Shown in pieces: positions 47,912 to 54,789 of a DNA stretch of 54,789 nt. Within the stretch, counting starts at the first letter, position 1. Every line of letters starts with the position of its first letter. Origin of the DNA: Elusimicrobiota bacterium (GTDB taxonomy: Bacteria; Elusimicrobiota; Elusimicrobia; UBA1565); contig JBDREN010000209.1 of assembly GCA_043819795.1 (NCBI GenBank), forward strand, positions 1 through 54,789. Direction: 5' to 3'. Under the pieces are notes generated by a model, which made no database searches, had not been told where the DNA came from, and saw only the letters and a list, made by a program, of their open reading frames with translations. A program made the translations under genes and the position numbers.

Positions 47912-48771
47912 GCCGGCACCTCCTGCCGCTTGGCCTCGGCCTCGAGGTAGGCGTTGATGACCTTCTTGGCGAGGCCTCGGACGCGCGCGATGTACTGCGC
48001 GCGCTCGGTGACCGAGATGGCGCCGCGAGCGTCCAGGAGGTTGAAGAGGTGCGAGCACTTGAGCACCATGTCGTAGGCCGGCAGGGGCAGCGCCTCGGCG
48101 GCCAGCCGCTTCCCCTCCGCCTCGTAGTCGTCGAAGTGGCGGGCCAGCATGCCGGCGTCCGAGGAGTCGAAGTGGTAGGTGGAGAACTGGCGCTCCGCCT
48201 CCTTAAAGAGGTCGCCGTAGCGGACGCGCTCGTTGTAGGCGATCTCGAACACGTCGTCCTTCCTCTGGCAGTACATCGCCAGGCGCTCGAGGCCGTAGGT
48301 GATCTCGACGGAGATCGGATCGAGCGTGACGCCCCCCATCTGCTGGAAATACGTGAACTGCGTGACCTCCATGCCGTCGAGCCAGACCTCCCAGCCCACG
48401 CCGGAGGCGCCCAGGGTGGGGCTCTCCCAGTCGTCCTCGATCCAGCGGATGTCGTGCTTGCGGGCCTCGATCCCGATGGCCTTCAGGGAGCGCAGGTAGA
48501 GCTGCTGCACGTCGGCCGGGGAGGGCTTGAGGATGACCTGATACTGGAAGTATTTGGCCAGGCGGTTCGGGTTGTCCCCGTAGCGTCCGTCGGCCGGACG
48601 GCGAGAGGGCTCGACGTAGGCCGCCCGGGTCGGGGCCTTGGTCAGCGCGCCGAAGAACGTCGCCGGGTTGAACGTGCCGGCGCCCTTCTCAAGGTCGTAG
48701 GGCTGGACCAGCAGGCAGCCTTCCCGCGCCCAGAACTTCTCGAGACTCATGATGATGTCTTGGAGCGTCAT
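47908..48771 (-). CDS. glyQ: Glycine--tRNA ligase alpha subunit
   Basis: [59 protein letters not shown]. Confidence 0.97.
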   Translation of the reverse strand: MTLQDIIMSLEKFWAREGCLLVQPYDLEKGAGTFNPATFFGALTKAPTRAAYVEPSRRPADGRYGDNPNRLAKYFQYQVILKPSPADVQQLYLRSLKAIGIEARKHDIRWIEDDWESPTLGASGVGWEVWLDGMEVTQFTYFQQMGGVTLDPISVEITYGLERLAMYCQRKDDVFEIAYNERVRYGDLFKEAERQFSTYHFDSSDAGMLARHFDDYEAEGKRLAAEALPLPAYDMVLKCSHLFNLLDARGAISVTERAQYIARVRGLAKKVINAYLEAEAKRQEVPA

Positions 48772-49487
48772 CGTGCCTCCCCGGACGGAGCCGCGCTCCG
48801 CCGATGGTCGTTTATGAAACCGCTTCGCCCCGGCTCGAACACCAGCGCCGAACGCAAAGGCTGGTCCGTCAGCCGCTCGACCGCCCGCCGGACCACAACC
48901 TCCAGCCGTCCGAGCCGCTCCCGGTCCTCCGGCAGGCCCGCCACCTCCTCCAGGTCGCCCGCGTGCAGGAGCTCCCAGAGCCGCCGGTTGCGCTCCGACA
49001 CGCGCCTGCCGCGCATCCCGAAGCCGGCGATCTCGAAGAGCCGGAGCGCGAACGCGTACGTGACCCACTCGGCGGCCGCGTCCGTGATGGCGCCCCCCGG
49101 CCGGTCCAGGACCGAGAGGCACCGCGTCGCGAGGGCGTATTTCCCCGGGTTCGGGCTCCAGGGCGGGGTCAGGCGCTCCAGGAGCTCGCATATCTCGAGA
49201 CCGCGGAGCGTGGAGGCCAGGCCGGTCCGGATATCCGGGAACACGGTGATCAGCTTGCCTCCGGTCGCGATGCCCAGCTCCGCCCCCGGACGGACGAAGA
49301 GGCGGTATTCGCCCCACACCATGGGCTCCGAAAGGGCCTTCAGCTTGCCCCGGGGCCGGTTCACGCCGGTGAAGCGCACCGGGATCTTGCCGAAGGCCTC
49401 GGTATAGAGCACCGAGATCCGGTCGGCCTCGCGGTGCTCCCGGCGCGAGAGCGTCAGGGCCGCCGTGGTGACGAGCGTGCCTCTCAA
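48768..49487 (-). CDS. recO: DNA repair protein RecO
   Basis: [20 protein letters not shown]-terminal motif; recO-glyQ-glyS synteny; TTG start inferred from overlap. Confidence 0.82.
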   Translation of the reverse strand: MRGTLVTTAALTLSRREHREADRISVLYTEAFGKIPVRFTGVNRPRGKLKALSEPMVWGEYRLFVRPGAELGIATGGKLITVFPDIRTGLASTLRGLEICELLERLTPPWSPNPGKYALATRCLSVLDRPGGAITDAAAEWVTYAFALRLFEIAGFGMRGRRVSERNRRLWELLHAGDLEEVAGLPEDRERLGRLEVVVRRAVERLTDQPLRSALVFEPGRSGFINDHRRSAAPSGEAR

Positions 49488-49849
49488 GGCTTGCCGGCCG
49501 CCAGCCGCGCCTCCGCCTCGAGGACTTCGAGCATGCGCTCGTAGCTGCCATCCGGCAGAGGCTCGAAGAGCGCGCGCGTCCGGTCCGGAAGGTCCTCGAG
49601 GAGGGGGGCGATGGAGTTCACGTCGTAGGCGCTGAAAAGGAGGTACTTGTCGCCGAAGCTCCGGGAGCCGAAAAAACCCATCGCGCGCTCCGGCGCGAGG
49701 AGCTTGAACACGGCGATCTTCTCCAGCGGCTCGAGCTCGGGCCAGACGCCCGCCAGCCGCTCGCAATCCCCGCGGGCGCAAAGGCGATCCTTGAGCGCCC
49801 GATACTCGCGTCGGGCGAGGAGCGATCTCGTCTCCTCGGCGTCCCGCAT
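49484..49849 (-). CDS. Small hypothetical protein, possibly MgtE N-terminal-like
   Basis: Helical ORF coupled to rec[14 protein letters not shown] pattern. Confidence 0.55.
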   Translation of the reverse strand: MRDAEETRSLLARREYRALKDRLCARGDCERLAGVWPELEPLEKIAVFKLLAPERAMGFFGSRSFGDKYLLFSAYDVNSIAPLLEDLPDRTRALFEPLPDGSYERMLEVLEAEARLAAGKP

Positions 49850-49863
49850 GGCCGGCGCGCGCG

Positions 49864-50535
49864 CTACTTCCGCGATTCTTCGGCCGAGATGAGGCCGGTC
49901 TCGATGCCCTTGACCACGGCTTCGGTCCGGTTGCTCACGCCCAGCTTCTGGAAGATGCTGTTGAGATGGTTCTTGACGGTCTTGACGCTGCAGCCGATCT
50001 CGGCGGCGATCTCCTTGTTGGCGAGGCCGCGGCCCAGATTGGAGAGCACGCGGCTCTCGGTCTTCGTCAGCGACGTCAGCGAGGCATCGGACGAGCCTCC
50101 CTTCGTGCGAAGACCCGACAGGAGCTTTCCCATGACCGACTGGGGGATCATCATGCCTTCGGTGGCGAAGGTCCGGAGCGCGCGCACCAGCTCCGCGGCG
50201 GGCAGCATCTTGGACAGGTAGCCGTTGGCTCCCGCCTGTATCGCCTCCAGGACATGGGCCTCGTCCTCGAACGCCGAGAGGATCAGGATGTTCGTGTCGG
50301 GCAGGTCCTTGCGAAGCTGACGCGTGGCCGAGATCCCATCGAGGTGAGGGAGCTTGATGTCCATCAAGATGACGTCGGGCTTGAGCTTCTTGGCGATGCG
50401 CATGACTTCCTGGCCGTCCACGGCCTCGCCGACGACCTCGATCCCCTTCTCCGCATCGAGCAGGTCCTTGATGCCCTCACGGAACAACGTCTGGTCCTCG
50501 GCGATCAAGACCGATATCTTCTTCTTAGCAGGCAT
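49864..50535 (-). CDS. NarL/FixJ-family DNA-binding response regulator
   Basis: VLIAEDQ, DVILMDI.LP, GYLSK; LuxR HTH LT..E..VL..LG.GLANKEIA...SVKTVKNH. Confidence 0.93.
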   Translation of the reverse strand: MPAKKKISVLIAEDQTLFREGIKDLLDAEKGIEVVGEAVDGQEVMRIAKKLKPDVILMDIKLPHLDGISATRQLRKDLPDTNILILSAFEDEAHVLEAIQAGANGYLSKMLPAAELVRALRTFATEGMMIPQSVMGKLLSGLRTKGGSSDASLTSLTKTESRVLSNLGRGLANKEIAAEIGCSVKTVKNHLNSIFQKLGVSNRTEAVVKGIETGLISAEESRK

Positions 50536-50689
50536 GAAATCCTCCCGGTGTCCTATGTCATTGTAGCAAAAAGTCGAGCCGGCGCCGCAGGCCTGCCCTG
50601 CCGCGCTCAGTCCGCTGAGTTATCGGGGACTCCGTCGTAAGATCGCCGTTGGCCTTCCGGCGACCGTGTCAGGACCCAGCGTCCGTTTC

Positions 50690-52336
50690 TCAACGCCTGC
50701 CGATGGGTTTAAGGAGGCCGCCGGGCGGCGCCGCGGCCGGAGCGGGGAGGGGGGGGAGCCCGCGCCGCAGGATATCGATCGGGAAGAGCTCCGCGCGCAT
50801 CCGGTCGTGATCCAGACGGATCACTCCGGGGGAATGGAGGAACAAGAGGTCCTGCTCGCCCAGGATCACCGGGTCGGCCTGCAGCGCCAGGTAGTAGGCG
50901 CCCGGCAGCAGGCTCGCGAACTCGAAGCGCCCGCCGGGGCCCGGATAGGCCGAGGCGACGAGTCCGTCGTAGGCCGCGATGACGGTCGTCGTCGAGGGGA
51001 TCGCGAACAAGCCGACCCGGATACCCGGGGCCGGCCTGCCGTTGAACAGCAGCCGCCCGGCGACGCTCCCATCGCGGGTCTCCGCGATCGGCTCGACGTG
51101 GATGTCGTCGTCGTAGAGCGGCCACAGTCCCCGGATGCGTCCCAGCCAGGCGTCCGACCGCTCCTGATCGCCGAAGCGCGCGTACGCCGCGGAGAAGCCC
51201 TCGTAGATCTTCTGCGCCTGGCGCACGCGTGGGAAGCGCGCTCGCGCCGCGGCCCGCGCCATCCTCTCGAGCCTTTCGTAGTTCTCGGGCGTGGCCGGAG
51301 CGACCCGAACGGCGGCGAGGAACCCCTCGTAGTCCGGGGGGAAGCTCGGGCCCGCGCGCGTCATCGCCGCGTCGAGATGCTCGTCGGGCATCCAGCTCAG
51401 CGCCCAACCCACCCGCAATGCGCGAAGAGCTTCGCCCAGAAAGAGCGTCTTGTATCTATGGCCCCGCAAGTAGCGTCCCAGGGACCTGAGGCTGGATTGA
51501 GACACGTCCACGCCTTCGGCCGAGAGCCGGACCTTCCGGACCTGGCTCCCGGGAGAGCCGTCGGGAGCCGCGAGGACGACGATAGCGACGGTCTCGGCCT
51601 CGGACGCCCTGGGGACCCGTGCGGCCGCGGAAAGGCTCGGGGCTCCGGAGTCCCAGAACATGAGCAGGTAGGCTTCGCCGAGCTCGACCGGCGCGATCCA
51701 GGCGGCCATCGCGACCGTCGCGGTCGCGAGCGCGCGCGGGACGAAGGTCTTCATGAGCAGCAGCGCGACGAGCAGGGCGCCGGTGGCGAGGAAGAGGGCC
51801 GGCAGCGAGAGCGTCAGCAGCCCCCCCGCCGTCGGCAGCCCCATGCGCCGCAGCGCGTCGGCCAAGAAAAGAGCGCGGCCGGCGTAGAGGCCCACGATCG
51901 CGGTCCCGCATCCCGCCAGCGCGCCGGCTCCCGCCAGCCGGAGCCAGGCGGACGACGGCGGCGGAGGGAGCCACCGGTCGAGGCTCCCGGCCAGGCCGCG
52001 GCGCGAGGCGGTCCAGAAGGCCAGCGCCCCTAGAGCCGCCAGGGCGCCCGCGTACCGAAGGGCGAGCGCCTCGTCCAGGCGGACCGGCCAGTACCAGATG
52101 CCGAAGACCCGGGCGGGCCGGAAAGGCGCGAGCGCCGCGTAGACGAACGCCGCCACCGCGGACGCCCCCGCGAGCGTCCAGAACCGGCCGCCGAGAGGGG
52201 CGACGAATACGTCGAGGCTGAGGCGGTCGTTGAGCGCCCGGAAGAGCCCCGCGGCCACGGCCGCGGCCCCCAGCGCCGCGGCCAGGAGGACGGGCAGCGG
52301 GACATGGCGGGTGGATTCGAATATCAGGATCGTCAC
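50690..52336 (-). CDS. Multi-pass membrane protein with a C-terminal carboxypeptidase-regulatory-like domain
   Basis: About six TMs; GSVAGRLLFNGRPAPGIRVGL...GGRFEFASLLPGAYYL. Confidence 0.7.
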   Translation of the reverse strand: MTILIFESTRHVPLPVLLAAALGAAAVAAGLFRALNDRLSLDVFVAPLGGRFWTLAGASAVAAFVYAALAPFRPARVFGIWYWPVRLDEALALRYAGALAALGALAFWTASRRGLAGSLDRWLPPPPSSAWLRLAGAGALAGCGTAIVGLYAGRALFLADALRRMGLPTAGGLLTLSLPALFLATGALLVALLLMKTFVPRALATATVAMAAWIAPVELGEAYLLMFWDSGAPSLSAAARVPRASEAETVAIVVLAAPDGSPGSQVRKVRLSAEGVDVSQSSLRSLGRYLRGHRYKTLFLGEALRALRVGWALSWMPDEHLDAAMTRAGPSFPPDYEGFLAAVRVAPATPENYERLERMARAAARARFPRVRQAQKIYEGFSAAYARFGDQERSDAWLGRIRGLWPLYDDDIHVEPIAETRDGSVAGRLLFNGRPAPGIRVGLFAIPSTTTVIAAYDGLVASAYPGPGGRFEFASLLPGAYYLALQADPVILGEQDLLFLHSPGVIRLDHDRMRAELFPIDILRRGLPPLPAPAAAPPGGLLKPIGRR

Positions 52337-52343
52337 GCCGTGG

Positions 52344-53531
52344 TCAGTGGTCCTGGGCGTCGATGAGGCGGCCGGTGATCGCGTCGTGCCGGAACAGCGT
52401 CCTGCCCAGGGTGAACTCCCAGAGCAGCTTGGTCTTCCACAGCTCCGGCGAGCTGAAGGGGGAGGCGCGGTAGTTCCTCAGGCGCAGGGTGCCCGTGCGG
52501 GTGAAGCTCCGGCCAAGCCCCTCGTTCATCACCTCGGGCTGGACGACCAGCAGAACGTCGATCACCCGGTCGCTGTCGACGAACTCCCCCTTGATCACCT
52601 CATGGAGGTTCAGATCGACGGGGATGTAGCGCGTCGTGCCGATCCCGACTTCGTTGTTGCAGGAGTAGACGCTCTCGAAGCCGCGCGTGCGCGGGTAGTA
52701 GAAGTAATAGGACCAGCCGTCGCCCGGTCCCGTGCACGGGCTTGCGCCCCAGGAGTCCACGAGCCCTTCGATGGCCATCAGGCTCGATCCGGGGTAGTGC
52801 TCGCGCGCGTAGGTGAGCACCCGCTGGATGTCGGTCTTCGCGGTGTAGACGCTCTCTTTTTTCGGACGCTCCCTCAGCACTTCGGCATCGAGGGGGCCGG
52901 TGGAGATGTCCACGGCGCTCAGGGACACGCCGTAGCGCTCCGGGTCGAAGACCTCGTTTCTCGCGGCGTCGACGATGAAGCTCTTCTTGCCGATGACCAC
53001 CTTCCATATGGCCGGATGATCCGTGAAGCGGCCGTCCTCGAGGCGGGAGAGCACGAGGGTGAACGGTCGCTTGCCGGAGGCGTTGTGGTCGCGGGGGTCC
53101 AGCGACACGCCGCCGCGCTTGATGGCGTATAGGGTCATGTCGCTGTCGATGAACTTGCCGGATATGGGAAGCGTCGCGGTGCTCGAGCCGCGCGAGCGCA
53201 GCAAAACGTGCGGCCCCTCCGTGACCCCCCGGCATTCGAACATGATGAGGAACTTCTCGTTCTTCTCGGAGTAGAACGTATAGCGCCAGCCGTTCTGAGA
53301 CGGAAACTTCCTGTCGCAGCGCGAGACGCCGTCCGCGGGGGTCCTGCCGTTGATCGAGACCAGGACGGCGTCGCGGTATTTCTTGCGAGCCTCGGTGTAG
53401 ACCTTGCGCAGATAGGTGCCAGCCGTGTCCTTGGGCTCCGCCCGGGACTCGGCCTTGGCAGTAGCGGCGAAGGCCGGCGGACCGACCAGCAACAACGACG
53501 CGAGTGTTCCGATCTTCGCAGCGGCCTTCAT
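52344..53531 (-). CDS. Secreted hypothetical protein with an internal domain duplication (PepSY-like)
   Basis: Signal peptide ending AFA; two copies of AR..Y....L..I.G......C......GW.Y.FY...C...I.G.F.DSD; ends HDAITGRLI. Confidence 0.7.
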   Translation of the reverse strand: MKAAAKIGTLASLLLVGPPAFAATAKAESRAEPKDTAGTYLRKVYTEARKKYRDAVLVSINGRTPADGVSRCDRKFPSQNGWRYTFYSEKNEKFLIMFECRGVTEGPHVLLRSRGSSTATLPISGKFIDSDMTLYAIKRGGVSLDPRDHNASGKRPFTLVLSRLEDGRFTDHPAIWKVVIGKKSFIVDAARNEVFDPERYGVSLSAVDISTGPLDAEVLRERPKKESVYTAKTDIQRVLTYAREHYPGSSLMAIEGLVDSWGASPCTGPGDGWSYYFYYPRTRGFESVYSCNNEVGIGTTRYIPVDLNLHEVIKGEFVDSDRVIDVLLVVQPEVMNEGLGRSFTRTGTLRLRNYRASPFSSPELWKTKLLWEFTLGRTLFRHDAITGRLIDAQDH

Positions 53532-53622
53532 CGATGGCATCATTGTACCCGAAAGTCTTTTTCTTCTCCAGGGGGCTCCGTGAAAAATCAATAAAATGCT
53601 GCACAAATGGAGGACGGCGAGC

Positions 53623-53651
53623 TTGACAGCTCGCGCCAGGACGTATATAAT
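53623..53651 (+). promoter_or_regulatory. Consensus sigma70 promoter of the rpmH operon
   Basis: TTGACA-17 nt-TATAAT. Confidence 0.9.
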
Positions 53652-53659
53652 GGCGTGTT

Positions 53660-53797
53660 ATGCAACCCACGTTTAGACCCAATAGGCGCAAGCGCGCCAG
53701 GAAAATAGGATTTCGTGCCCGCATGAGTACTCCCGGCGGCCGGCGGACGCTCAGCCGGCGCCGACAGAAGGGGCGTCACAGCCTGATCCCCTCATAA
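53660..53797 (+). CDS. rpmH: 50S ribosomal protein L34 (absent from the ORF track)
   Basis: [45 protein letters not shown]. Confidence 0.96.
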   Translation: MQPTFRPNRRKRARKIGFRARMSTPGGRRTLSRRRQKGRHSLIPS

Positions 53798-53821
53798 CAG
53801 GCGCTGGACCGGACAAGGCGG

Positions 53822-54202
53822 TTGGCGGAACATCGCAGGGGGAAGTTCGGCCCGGAAGCGCGCCTCGGCGGCTCCGACATGGAGCGCGTTTTCTCTGAGG
53901 GGAGGAAATATCTGCGGCCGGACCTTGTATTCTGGCATCGCCCGCGTGCCGAGGCGGAGGACGCCGGAAGGGCCGGTCCCCGCCTGGGCATCTCCGTCAG
54001 CCGGAGGCTTGGAACAGCGGTCCGCCGCAACCGGATCAAACGTCTGTTGCGCGAATCGTTCCGCCTCAACAGGCACCGGATCAGGCCGGACTCGGACATC
54101 GTCGTCTATCCGAGGATAGGTTGCCGCTGGACCGGCTTCGCCGATGCCGAAACGGCCCTGCTGGATTTATGCCGCAGGGCGGGCGTTCTCAGGGAGGATT
54201 AA
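53822..54202 (+). CDS. rnpA: Ribonuclease P protein component
   Basis: [29 protein letters not shown]; synteny. Confidence 0.93.
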   Translation: MAEHRRGKFGPEARLGGSDMERVFSEGRKYLRPDLVFWHRPRAEAEDAGRAGPRLGISVSRRLGTAVRRNRIKRLLRESFRLNRHRIRPDSDIVVYPRIGCRWTGFADAETALLDLCRRAGVLRED

Positions 54203-54213
54203 GGAGGCGTCGC

Positions 54214-54588
54214 GTGCGATATCTGCTCTTGGAGGTCCTCGGCCTCTTGCGTGCGATTCGGGCCGCGCTCTTGGCGCCAACCTGCAGGTTCACGCCGACC
54301 TGCTCCCGATACGCCGAGGAGGCGCTGACGCGCCACGGGGTCTTGCGGGCGGTCACGTTGACCGCGGGCCGGCTGCTCCGGTGCCATCCCTTCCATCCGG
54401 GAGGGTGGGACCCGGTTCCGAATACCATTTTCCAGAAGCATCGGCCCCCCCACTTCAGCAGCCCCCCGCGGGGGGGCCGCTCGCAACGCCCCGTGGGGGA
54501 GGGATGCGGGAAATCCCACACAGAACAAAGGATGAGCATGCCCCCTCTCACGGGCGCATCCCTCCCCGCGGGGGAGGGATGCGGGTAA
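54214..54588 (+). CDS. yidD: Membrane protein insertion efficiency factor YidD with a repeat-derived C-terminal extension
   Basis: AAGGAGG RBS + [30 protein letters not shown]. Confidence 0.9.
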   Translation: MRYLLLEVLGLLRAIRAALLAPTCRFTPTCSRYAEEALTRHGVLRAVTLTAGRLLRCHPFHPGGWDPVPNTIFQKHRPPHFSSPPRGGRSQRPVGEGCGKSHTEQRMSMPPLTGASLPAGEGCG

Positions 54589-54589
54589 T

Positions 54590-54789
54590 ATGGACAAGAA
54601 TCTGATCCTGGCGGTCGCGCTTTCGGTCCTGGTCTATGTGGGCTGGTTCAAGTTCGTCGAGAAGCGCTACCCCCCGCCGCCGAGCCGGAAGGCCCCCGTG
54701 GCCGGGACGGCGGTCGGCGCCCGGACCGGCGGCGCGGCGCCGGGAACCCGCCCGCGGCCGGAATCGGCCGCCCAGAAGAGCGCTCTCCC
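54590..54789 (+). CDS. yidC: Membrane protein insertase YidC (5' part, runs off the window)
   Basis: MDKNLILAVALSVLVYVGW N-terminus; follows rpmH-rnpA-yidD. Confidence 0.85.
   Translation, partial: MDKNLILAVALSVLVYVGWFKFVEKRYPPPPSRKAPVAGTAVGARTGGAAPGTRPRPESAAQKSAL

Noticed and set aside
106..54597. Many long overlapping or antisense ORFs (e.g. 106..1590-, 10654..12417+, 41707..43692-, 45830..47416+)
   Set aside because: Shadow frames typical of high-GC DNA: Arg/Pro/Ala/Gly-rich, no motifs, overlapping well-supported genes.

Overview
High-GC bacterial chromosome segment, mostly housekeeping genes: argS, nadD-yqeK, rsfS, two pilT, htpX, a paaFGH-like cluster, sppA, nnrE, tilS, fixCX, recO-glyQ-glyS and rpmH-rnpA-yidD-yidC. 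It also carries an oligosaccharide-type ABC/GH130 cassette, a caspase-family lipoprotein and several mobile-element remnants. Gene content suggests a diderm lineage such as Elusimicrobiota, but that is inference only. The standout locus is the ORF-poor stretch 30416-31849. One strong sigma70-type promoter precedes (i) a ~380-nt highly structured RNA resembling a shortened OLE RNA, whose closing stem pairs with the first 10 nt of (ii) the tmRNA (ssrA) gene. The tmRNA is split in its T-loop by (iii) a 669-nt group I intron that carries (iv) a single-motif LAGLIDADG homing endonuclease ORF looped out of a 10-bp stem. All calls were made by eye; no searches or folding programs were run.
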